Shown here one piece after another: positions 8,379 through 16,442 of a stretch of DNA of 64,000 bases (its first letter is position 1; every line of letters begins with the position of its first letter). This stretch comes from Planctomycetota bacterium (lineage in GTDB: Bacteria; Planctomycetota; MHYJ01; JACPRB01), in NCBI GenBank assembly GCA_036383955.1, contig DASVNH010000241.1, positions 24,261 through 88,260 on the forward strand, read 5' to 3'. The notes under the pieces are model-generated. The model saw nothing but the letters and a program-made list of their open reading frames with translations. It was not told where the DNA came from and did no database searches. Position numbers and translations under genes: made by a program.

Positions 8379-9980
8379 CTAGCGGCCCGCCTCCAGGAAG
8401 GCCTTCCAGCGCGCCCAGTCTAATCCGAAGTCCTTCTCGGTGGCCGCGCGCAGGGTCTCCGCGATCGCGACTTCCCCCGCCGACGGCGTCTGGGTCGTGT
8501 CGACCTCCGGCAGCCACTCCAGGGCGTCCGCGGGTTTCGCCTTCAGCGCGGCCCGCAGCAGGAGGACGTAGCCGTGCGTCGACTTGCCCTCCTTCACGAC
8601 GGCGGCCGGCGAGGGACGTCGGTCGGGAGAAACCGCCTCGTTGCCGCGCGCCTTGAGGATCGCGAAGAGGTCCATGTCCCGGGAAAAGTTCGGCTCGTCC
8701 TTGTCCTTGGAAAAGCGCCGCGCCAGATCCTTGGACGGGATCGTGACGGTGCGGACGAGGTTCTCGCGGATGACCCAGCCGTAGGCGGCTTCCCCCACGC
8801 CGAGGCCTTGCTTCAGATCCTGGCAGGCCGCGTCGAGGAACTGCTCGTGGCGGTCCTTCGGATACGCGTCGGTGAAGAGGAAGTCGCGGTCGCGCAGGGC
8901 CTGCCCGAGGTAGTTGATGAAGTTCGAGCGGGCCGGCAGCTTCGCTTCGAAGAGGGCGTAGAAGGGCGTGGTCCGCGCCGCGTGGCTCTTGCGCGCGGCG
9001 ACGTAGGCCTTGGCGCCCTTGTCGGCTTCCTTGAGCGCCTCTTTGACCGTGTCGACGTCCAAAGGCTCGACCTTGACGCCGGAGGGGAAGGGCGGCTTGA
9101 GCGCGCCGGCCTTGAACAAGGTCGCGAGCGTCGCCTCCACCGCGAACGGCTCGAGGTAGCCGCCTCGGTAGGAAGCGAGCGCCCCGTCGCGCCTTCCATA
9201 GTCCTCGACGGCCAGGCTCGCGGAACGGGCGGTCTCCAGGTCCTTGGCCCGCCACGCGAGCAGGAATTGGGCTTCCAGCACGCGGGGATGCAGCCAGTGC
9301 CCGAGGAGGAAGTCGACGGCCTCCGGGCTCTTCAGCAGGCGCTCTTCGATCAGGCGCCGGGCGGCCTTGGCGACGCGAGGGGCGTCGATCCGCGGCGGCC
9401 CCGCGGGAGCGGCCAAGCCCTCCAGGATGTTCACGAACGCCGGGAGGATCAAGCGGGATTGATTGATGGCGCGATGCTGGAAGCAGGCGCGGACCAGCGG
9501 GTCGGGCTCGTGCTTCTCCAGCCACTCGAGGCTCCAGAGGTCGAAGGCCCGCACGGGGCAGTCCCACTTGTTCCGCTTGAGGGCCTCTTCGACCGCCTCC
9601 GTCGCGGACTTCCAATAGTCGGGGTTCTGCCGCGCGTTCAGGAGGATCCACCGCGCCCGGAAGAGCGACGCGTGAGAGGAGCCGGGAAGGGCTTCTTCGA
9701 CGGCCTTCACCGCCGCCTCATCCGCGGGCGTCGCGGACGCGCGCAGGACGGCCGCGAGGGGGCTGGGGCCGTCGAGGGTTCCGCCCTTGAACGCGGCGGC
9801 CCAGAGCTGGAGCTGGGCGTCGTTCGGCGCCGCCGCGAGCTGCTCGTCGGCGAGCTTTCGCAGCTTCTCGACGCCCTTGTCGAGGCGCTGGGCGGGCGTC
9901 GGCGGCGGAGGAGGTGGGGGCGGCGGCTCGGAGCAGGAGGCGATCAGCAGGACCCAGAGGGGAAGCGATCGGATCCTCAT
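8379..9980 (-). CDS. Hypothetical lipoprotein with polyproline linker
   Basis: Signal/lipobox MRIRSLPLWVLLIASC followed by SEPPPPPPPPPTP. Largely helical 533-aa body with no recognised domain. Confidence 0.65.
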   Translation of the reverse strand: MRIRSLPLWVLLIASCSEPPPPPPPPPTPAQRLDKGVEKLRKLADEQLAAAPNDAQLQLWAAAFKGGTLDGPSPLAAVLRASATPADEAAVKAVEEALPGSSHASLFRARWILLNARQNPDYWKSATEAVEEALKRNKWDCPVRAFDLWSLEWLEKHEPDPLVRACFQHRAINQSRLILPAFVNILEGLAAPAGPPRIDAPRVAKAARRLIEERLLKSPEAVDFLLGHWLHPRVLEAQFLLAWRAKDLETARSASLAVEDYGRRDGALASYRGGYLEPFAVEATLATLFKAGALKPPFPSGVKVEPLDVDTVKEALKEADKGAKAYVAARKSHAARTTPFYALFEAKLPARSNFINYLGQALRDRDFLFTDAYPKDRHEQFLDAACQDLKQGLGVGEAAYGWVIRENLVRTVTIPSKDLARRFSKDKDEPNFSRDMDLFAILKARGNEAVSPDRRPSPAAVVKEGKSTHGYVLLLRAALKAKPADALEWLPEVDTTQTPSAGEVAIAETLRAATEKDFGLDWARWKAFLEAGR

Positions 9981-10013
9981 GGTCGTCGAGGGTAGACCAT
10001 CCGGAGCGCCGGG

Positions 10014-11255
10014 TCAACGCTCGTCGACGCAGTAGAGGTGCGTGTTCGAGCGGATGAGCAGGCGGCCGTCGGCCGTCACCGGCGCGGCGTGGAAGAGGCT
10101 GCGGTCGCCGAGCTCGTTCGTGGCGAGCAGCTGGAACGTCGGCGAGGCCGCCACGACGTACGTCCGCCCGCCGCGGCCCACGTAGTAGATCTTCCCTTCG
10201 GCGAGGATCGGCGACGCGTAGACCTGGTCGCCCCGCCCCAGCCGCTCCTGGTAGACGATCTTGCCGGTGGCCGCCTCGGCGCAGAAGGCGATGCCCTGGC
10301 TGTCGCTCGCGAAGTAGAGATGCCCGTCGTGGTAGAGCGGCGAGGGGACGTTGGAGTTCTTCTCCGCGATCCAGAGGCGGTGGGTCGCCGTCACGTCGCC
10401 CCGGCCGCCGAGCCGCACCGCCAGCGCGCCGCCCGACCGCCCGCCGATCCAGTACGAGACGCCGTCCGCGACCACGGCCGTCGGCACCATGTACCACGGG
10501 ATGTTCGTCTCGCAGGACCAGAGCTCCTTGCCCGTCTTCGGATCCAGGCCGAGGATCTTGCCCAGGATCGCCACGAGCAGCTCCGTCGCGCCTTCCTTGG
10601 TCTTCGCCAGCACCGGCGTATTCCACGACTCCTTGATGCCGCGCGTCCGCCAGGCTTCCTTGCCGGTCGCGACGTCCAGCGCGACCAGCGACTGGCTCTC
10701 CACGCTCGCGTTGATGATCACCGTGTTCTCGAAGAGCAGCGGCGAGGCCGCCGAGCCCCAGCCGTTGAGGGCGTCGCCGACGTCCGCCGTCCACAGCTCC
10801 TTGCCCGTCAGGTCGAAGGCCTTCGCGCCCGACTTCCCGAAGAAGCAGTAGATCCGCTTGCCGTCGCTCGCCGGCGTGCTCGACGCGTAGCCGTGCTCGT
10901 CGCGGATCTTCGGCTGCTCGGGGAGCTTGGCCTCGACGTCCTTCGTCCACAGCAACTTGCCGCTCTTCCGCTCGAGGCAGACGAGATGCCGCTTGAGCGC
11001 GTTCATGTCGCCCGGCGCGCCGGGCACGTTGAAGCCGCTGTAGGCCGTCAGGTAGATCTTGTCGCCGACGACGATGGGGCTCGACGTCCCCGGCCCCGGG
11101 AGCGCCGTCTTCCAGACGACGTTCTGCGTCGCGCTCCACGTGGTGGGGAGCGTCTTCTCGGCGCTCACGCCCTGCGCGGGCCCGCGGAACTGCGACCAGT
11201 CCTGCGGGAGCCCTTCGACGGAGCTCAGGGCAAGGAGCGTGAGGCAGATGTTCAT
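10014..11255 (-). CDS. PQQ-like beta-propeller repeat protein (BamB-like fold), secreted
   Basis: Signal peptide, then DWSQFRGP...VVWK...SSPIVVGDKIYL and repeated G.xLW / xDGxxYxxxxxGxxxAxD blades. Confidence 0.8.
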   Translation of the reverse strand: MNICLTLLALSSVEGLPQDWSQFRGPAQGVSAEKTLPTTWSATQNVVWKTALPGPGTSSPIVVGDKIYLTAYSGFNVPGAPGDMNALKRHLVCLERKSGKLLWTKDVEAKLPEQPKIRDEHGYASSTPASDGKRIYCFFGKSGAKAFDLTGKELWTADVGDALNGWGSAASPLLFENTVIINASVESQSLVALDVATGKEAWRTRGIKESWNTPVLAKTKEGATELLVAILGKILGLDPKTGKELWSCETNIPWYMVPTAVVADGVSYWIGGRSGGALAVRLGGRGDVTATHRLWIAEKNSNVPSPLYHDGHLYFASDSQGIAFCAEAATGKIVYQERLGRGDQVYASPILAEGKIYYVGRGGRTYVVAASPTFQLLATNELGDRSLFHAAPVTADGRLLIRSNTHLYCVDER

Positions 11256-11425
11256 GTGGAGATTGTAGCTTTACGCCGCCGCGCCGGACGTCGTCGCAAC
11301 AACTTCAGCACCTCATTGGTCGTCCCGCAAAGCGGGCAGCGGATCGCGCGGGGAGCCCGATCGTGCCGCAGGGGAAGCCGGGCCTCGCAGGCGCGGCAGA
11401 GCACCAGGATCAGATCGCGTCGCAT
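11252..11425 (-). CDS. Small zinc-ribbon protein (57 aa), tentative
   Basis: Internal Met of track ORF 11252..11503: MRRDLILVLCRACEARLPL...IRCPLCGTTNEV plus a basic tail. It has two CxxC pairs. Its stop overlaps the start of the downstream propeller gene (ATGA). Confidence 0.4.
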   Translation of the reverse strand: MRRDLILVLCRACEARLPLRHDRAPRAIRCPLCGTTNEVLKLLRRRPARRRKATIST

Positions 11426-11567
11426 GGGTCGTCCCTCCCGTCGGTCCTGATCATCCAAAGCGGTTGGGACGGAAAGGGACGCATGCGAAGTGCCAAGCGC
11501 CAAGGCGTTCCCCCCCCTCCTCGCCCCCCTGGGGGGGCTGCGGCTCGGGGCTTGGAGCTTGGAGCTC

Positions 11568-14500
11568 TCAGTCGCCGAGACGGGCGCCGGGCGTGGCGAG
11601 CTCGTTGAAGCGGTCGACGGGCTCCTTCGCCGCCCACGCGATGCCGCGCAGCAGCAGCACGCGGAAGAGCGGGTCGTCGAAGGTCCACATGTAGTGGCCG
11701 AGGATCGAGACGAAGACGCGGCCCGTCCCGGACGCCTTCGCCCAGATCAGCGGCTGGGGCTGGCCGTCCTCGACGCCCGACGCGAGCACCTCGACGTCCT
11801 TCGGATCGCCGACCAGGTTCCAGTAGCTCTCGTCGTGGAAGCGGACCTTGCCGAAGTTGCGCGTGACCGGGTGCTCCCGGAAGCTCAGCTCCAACGGCCC
11901 GTGGCGGAACTTCGAGCGCCCGCCCTGCCACGCCAGGCCGATCCGCTTCGCGAAGCCCGCCGGATCCTTGCCGCCGTCGACCGCGTAGTGCGCGTAGACC
12001 AGGCCCGCGCCGCGCGCGAGGAGGGCGTCGACATCCTTCTCCCGCTCCGGCGTCCAGGTGCCCTGCTGGTAGAAGACCACGACGTCCGCCGTCTTGAGGT
12101 CCTCGGCCGAGGGCCATTCCATCGCCGACGTCACCTTCACGTCCGCCGCGCGCGAGAGCAGCGGGGTCCAGACGGTCCGCCACGCGGGATAGTCGTGCTC
12201 GCCCGGGCCGTGATCCTTGCGGCCGGCCACGAGGACGACGTGGATCGGCCGGGTCGGCGCGGCGGCCGCGCCGGCGAGGACGGCCTTCAGCTCCTCGCGC
12301 GGGCGCGGCGGCGGCGGCGTTTCCTTGCCGTACTCGGGCATGCGCGGCCCTTCCTGCAGGAGGAAGGTCAGGAGGTCGCGCATCCGCTCGGGCCCGAGCG
12401 CCTTCGCCATGCCCTCGGGCATGATCGAGATCGAGGCGGGCCGCGCCTTCGCGACCTTCTTCTTCGGGAACCGGGTGATCTGGCCTTTCGCGTCGGCGAG
12501 CAGGAGGTCGTCGCCCTCCGCGCGCGCGACGCCCGACAGCACCTGGCCGTCGTCGAGGGCGTAGACCTGCGCGACGTAGTCGGGGTGAATGGCGAAGTTG
12601 GGTTCGGCGACGTCCCGCAGCACGGACGCGTAGTCGCGATGGGGGAGGTTCGAGAGGTCGGGGCCGATCTCGCCGCCGAGGCCGTCGACGCGATGGCACT
12701 TGCCGCAGCCCGCGAGGTCGCCGTAGAAGAGGTCGCGGCCCTCCCTCCAGCGGCCGCCGGCGAGCTCGGGGATCTCGCGCGCGGCGGGGGCGCGCTCGCG
12801 CTGGAGCGGCGCCCAGGGCAGGAGGAAGCGGCGGAGGGGCAGGGCGCGCGGCCGCGGGTCCTCGTTCGTGGAGACGCTGACGCGCAGCTCGCCGGGCGTG
12901 GCGATCGTGATCTCCGCGAGGCCGTCGCCGAGCTCGCGGTCGCCGGCGAGGACGCGGACGTTTTCCTCGGGCAGGACGTAGTCGAGGCGCGCGCCCGGCT
13001 GGACCTCGGGGCGGAGGAGGTTCCGGAGATCGAGCCGGGTGCGCAGCGTCAGCTTGCCCGGGCGCGCGCAGCGGGCCCAGAGCTCGTCGTGGGTCGCGCT
13101 GCCCTTCGTGAACGCGCGGGCGACGTCCAGATCCAGGTGCGGCAGCCAGCCGGCCCAGCGGTCCTCGCCTTCCCAGACCGCCTCGACGCCGCGGAGGTCG
13201 TAGCGCAGCTCGGCGTCGGGGAGCGTCAGCGCGTAGCTCGCCGCTTCGGGATGGGCCGCGGTCGGGAGGATCAGCGTCCGGCCGTCGGCCGTCAGCTGCG
13301 CGCTGAGGACCCGCAGCTCGAAGCGCGGCGCGGCGAGCTGGTCCTGCACGACCTGGTAGCCCGGGCGCACGGATTCGTAGCGGTCGCCCGCCTCGACGTA
13401 GCGGCCGAACTCGATCGCGGCGCCGCGCGCCTGGTCGGGCTCGATCGGGCGGTCGAAGGCGACGCGCACTTCGCGCGGCCCCTGCGCCCAGGCCAGGACC
13501 GGCCGCGGCGCGGCGACGGACTGGATCTTGAACAGCTTTCCTTTCCCCTGGGGGCCGCTGCCCCAGTCGGGTCCGCCGCCGTGCGCCGCGATCACGAGAT
13601 CGCCCTTCGGCGAAAAGCAGACGTCCGCCGGCAGCGTCGTCATCGACGCGAAGAGCCGCGACCGCGCGACGTAGCCGGCGGGGGTTTTCACGAGCGACGT
13701 CCGATAGATCTTGCCGCGCGAGTAACCGGCGACCCAGGCGTCGCCGCTCTCGTCGAACGCCAGGCCGCAGGTCGACTGGTGCTGCGGCGCGTAGTCGAAG
13801 ACGCTCGGCTCGTCGAGAACGTTCGGAAGATGCTTGGGATGTCGGGGCGGAAACCCGTAGTGCCGGCCCTTTTGCACGTGCAGCAGCTCGTCGAAGGGAT
13901 TGCCGTTGGGCAGCCAGGTCGCGCCCTCCTGGTCGGTGGCGAAGAGGTCGCCCTCGCGGTTGAAGCGGAGGCCGACGGGGAAGCGGATCCCGGTCGCCAC
14001 GATCTCCCGGCTTGTGAAATCCGGCGACACCCGCAGCACCGTGCCGCGCTCGCCGTCGAGGCGGTAGTCGGACGTGCCGTCCTTGAGCAGATAGGCGTTC
14101 GTGAAGTTCGCGCAGCCCAGGCCGAAATAGACGCTGCCGTCGCGCGGGTCGACGGCGGCGCCCAGGGCGTCGACGCCGTGCGGCAGCTCCGTCCAGCCCG
14201 CGGCGATCACGGTCTCGCGGCCGCCGGGGAGGATCAGCGAGCACTTGCCCTTCGACGGCACGATCACGCCGTCGCCGAGGAGCGCCATCCCGATGGGCGC
14301 GCGCAGGCGGCCCTTGTTCTCCCAGAACAGCTCGGCCTGGTCCTCGAGGCCGTCGCCGTCCGTGTCGCGGAGCAGATGGATGTCGCCGTCGTACGCGAGC
14401 GCCAGGAGCGCGCCGTCCGGGCGGTACAGGACGTTGTTGATGTTGTTGAGGTCGACGGGCAGCGGCCGCGCGGCGTAGCCGGGAGCGAAGACTTTGACCG

Positions 14501-15293
14501 GCGGCGGCTTCGCCACGCGCTCGAGCCGCTTCGCGCCGGCGGGGAGGCGGGGGAGCGGCACCCTCCGCCCCGTGCCGTGCTTCGCGGCGAGGTAGGCGTC
14601 GACGGCCCCGCGCTCCGTGTCGCCGAGGGCGCGGCCGTAGACGAGGATCTCGGCGATCTCGCCCTCGAGGAAGCCGGTGGTCGCGGGCGGACCGCCGAAC
14701 GCGTAGCGCCGGGCGCCGACGGCCACGACGTCCATCGCGAGGGCCGGGCCCTTGCGCTCGCGCGACGCCTGGAGCGCGCCGTCGCGGTGGAGCGACGTCG
14801 TTCCGGCGGAGACGGTGGCGCAGAGCCGCGCGAGCACGCCGAAGTCGGCGCCGTCCTTGAGCAGGTTGCGCGCGCCGCCGAAGCCGGCCCCTTCGACGTT
14901 GAGGACGTCGAAGCGCTCCGTGCCGGCCGGCCCCAGGTCGAGGGTGAGGCCGCTGACGAAGTCGTTGGCGCCGTCGGCGTGGAGCGCGAGGAAGGCGGGG
15001 AAGGCGCCGCGATTCGAGGTCGGCGCGGCCACGACGAAGAGCGTCAGGGTCTCGAACGACGCGCGGGGGCCCTTCACGAGGAGATGCTGGCGCGCGCCGT
15101 CGAAGCGGACGCCGCCGGCCGCGCGGACGGGCCGGGCCGCTTCATCGGGGGCGACCGCGTGACGGCCGCGGCCGGAGGCGTCGGGCCACGCCTCGACGGG
15201 CGCGTCGGCCTTGAGGCGCGAGGCGTCGAGCCAGAGCTCGAGGCCGTCGCGCACGGGGAGCTCGGCCTGGACGAGCAAGAGGAGCAGGATCAT
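11568..15293 (-). CDS. Multidomain exported protein: LamG + beta-propeller (sugar-dehydrogenase-like) + cytochrome c (CxxCH) + ThuA-like domain
   Basis: N-terminal LamG (..FLEGEIAEILVYGRAL). A central propeller of the 'membrane-bound dehydrogenase' type. Haem motif CGKCHRVDGLGGEIGPDLS. C-terminal ThuA-like region (IHVVLVAG..DHGPGEHDY...FVSILGH). Confidence 0.85.
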   Translation of the reverse strand: MILLLLLVQAELPVRDGLELWLDASRLKADAPVEAWPDASGRGRHAVAPDEAARPVRAAGGVRFDGARQHLLVKGPRASFETLTLFVVAAPTSNRGAFPAFLALHADGANDFVSGLTLDLGPAGTERFDVLNVEGAGFGGARNLLKDGADFGVLARLCATVSAGTTSLHRDGALQASRERKGPALAMDVVAVGARRYAFGGPPATTGFLEGEIAEILVYGRALGDTERGAVDAYLAAKHGTGRRVPLPRLPAGAKRLERVAKPPPVKVFAPGYAARPLPVDLNNINNVLYRPDGALLALAYDGDIHLLRDTDGDGLEDQAELFWENKGRLRAPIGMALLGDGVIVPSKGKCSLILPGGRETVIAAGWTELPHGVDALGAAVDPRDGSVYFGLGCANFTNAYLLKDGTSDYRLDGERGTVLRVSPDFTSREIVATGIRFPVGLRFNREGDLFATDQEGATWLPNGNPFDELLHVQKGRHYGFPPRHPKHLPNVLDEPSVFDYAPQHQSTCGLAFDESGDAWVAGYSRGKIYRTSLVKTPAGYVARSRLFASMTTLPADVCFSPKGDLVIAAHGGGPDWGSGPQGKGKLFKIQSVAAPRPVLAWAQGPREVRVAFDRPIEPDQARGAAIEFGRYVEAGDRYESVRPGYQVVQDQLAAPRFELRVLSAQLTADGRTLILPTAAHPEAASYALTLPDAELRYDLRGVEAVWEGEDRWAGWLPHLDLDVARAFTKGSATHDELWARCARPGKLTLRTRLDLRNLLRPEVQPGARLDYVLPEENVRVLAGDRELGDGLAEITIATPGELRVSVSTNEDPRPRALPLRRFLLPWAPLQRERAPAAREIPELAGGRWREGRDLFYGDLAGCGKCHRVDGLGGEIGPDLSNLPHRDYASVLRDVAEPNFAIHPDYVAQVYALDDGQVLSGVARAEGDDLLLADAKGQITRFPKKKVAKARPASISIMPEGMAKALGPERMRDLLTFLLQEGPRMPEYGKETPPPPRPREELKAVLAGAAAAPTRPIHVVLVAGRKDHGPGEHDYPAWRTVWTPLLSRAADVKVTSAMEWPSAEDLKTADVVVFYQQGTWTPEREKDVDALLARGAGLVYAHYAVDGGKDPAGFAKRIGLAWQGGRSKFRHGPLELSFREHPVTRNFGKVRFHDESYWNLVGDPKDVEVLASGVEDGQPQPLIWAKASGTGRVFVSILGHYMWTFDDPLFRVLLLRGIAWAAKEPVDRFNELATPGARLGD

Positions 15294-15300
15294 CGCACCC

Positions 15301-16278
15301 TCACGAGGAGAAGCGGTGGACCATCACGTGGCGATACGTCTCGCCCGGGCGGAGCACGGGGGAAATCCAGCCCGGGCGGTTCACGGCGTCGGGGAACTTC
15401 TGGGTCTCGAGGCAGAGGCCCGCGTGCTTCGGATAGGTCGCGCCGGCTTTGCCCTTCGACGTCCCGTCGAGGAAGTTCCCGCTGTAGAACTGGATCCCCG
15501 GCTCGCTGGACCGGAGCTCGAGGGCGCGGCCCGACGCCGGATCCTCGAGGCGCGCGACGCCGCGGAACGCGAAGTTGTGGTCGTAGCCGCCCGGCACCTT
15601 CGCGAGATCGTCGCCGACGCGCTTGGGACGTCGGAAATCGAACGGCGTCCCCGCGACCGGGGCGATCTCGCCGGTCGGGATGAGGCCGGCGTCGACCGGG
15701 GTGTAGGCGTCGGCGTCGATCGTGAGGACGTGGTCGAGGATCGTCCCGCGGCCGGCGAGGTTCCAGTAGGTGTGGTGGGCGAGGTTGACGAGGGTGGGGG
15801 CGTCGGTGGTCGCCGTCATCTCGACGCGGAACTCGCCCGCCGGCGTGAGCGCGTACTCGACGGCGGCGCGCACGGCGCCGGGATAGCCTTCCTCGCCGTC
15901 GGGGCTGACGCGGGTGAAGCGCACGCGCGTGCCGTCGGCCTCGGCGTCCCAGACGCGGCGGTCGAAGCCGCGGACGCCGCCGTGGAGATGGTGGGGGCCG
16001 TTGTTGAGGGAGACCTGGTGGCCGCGGCCGTCGATCGAGAACCTCCCCGCGGCGATCCGGTTGGCGCAGCGGCCCGCCACGCAGCCGAAGTAGGGGTGGC
16101 CCGCGACGTAGCCGGCGAGGTCGGGGAGGCCGAGGGCGACGTCCGTCCCGTCCGGCAGGCGCAGCTCGGTGACGATGGCGCCGTAGGACATCGCCCGGAG
16201 CGTGAGGCCGCCGCTGGCGAGCGTGAAGAGGCGGACGGGGACGCCTTCGACCTCTCCCAGCGCGGCGGTGTTGGTCAC
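15301..16278 (-). CDS. galM: Aldose 1-epimerase (galactose mutarotase)
   Basis: GTG start. Motifs GAIVTEL, PYFGCVAGRCANRIAAGRF, LNNGPHHLHGG, HHTYWNL, YDHNF, LCLETQ. Confidence 0.85.
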   Translation of the reverse strand: MTNTAALGEVEGVPVRLFTLASGGLTLRAMSYGAIVTELRLPDGTDVALGLPDLAGYVAGHPYFGCVAGRCANRIAAGRFSIDGRGHQVSLNNGPHHLHGGVRGFDRRVWDAEADGTRVRFTRVSPDGEEGYPGAVRAAVEYALTPAGEFRVEMTATTDAPTLVNLAHHTYWNLAGRGTILDHVLTIDADAYTPVDAGLIPTGEIAPVAGTPFDFRRPKRVGDDLAKVPGGYDHNFAFRGVARLEDPASGRALELRSSEPGIQFYSGNFLDGTSKGKAGATYPKHAGLCLETQKFPDAVNRPGWISPVLRPGETYRHVMVHRFSS

Positions 16279-16442
16279 GCGGACATCTTATGCGCGCGGC
16301 GGAGAAAAGTGCCTGGCACATTTCTCGTAGTTATTTAAGAATGTTTACTAATTCGGTGTAACAAGGGGCGGGAGCGGCGTACTATAGAAGCGAGCGGGAG
16401 AATTAGCCCCCGAAAGGGCCGCTCGCGGAGGACAACTAGAGA

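Noticed and set aside
11426-11503. Upstream 26 codons of track ORF 11252..11503
   Set aside because: No SD or promoter support was found, and the sequence MALGTSHASLSVPTALDDQDRREGRP adds nothing to the zinc-ribbon core. The internal Met was preferred, though the whole small ORF remains tentative.
11410-15683. Very long ORFs 11410..14244 (-) and 11490..15683 (+, 1397 aa) overlapping the 1241-aa gene
   Set aside because: They are low-complexity R/P/G/A/E translations with no motifs. They are antisense or off-frame to a gene with clear LamG, propeller, CxxCH and ThuA signatures.
16314-16329. Sigma-54-like element TGGCAC-ATTTC-TCGTA upstream of the PSCyt/PSD gene
   Set aside because: The -24 half matches, but the -12 half (TCGTA versus TTGCA/T) lacks the essential GC dinucleotide. 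No enhancer-binding protein gene is nearby.
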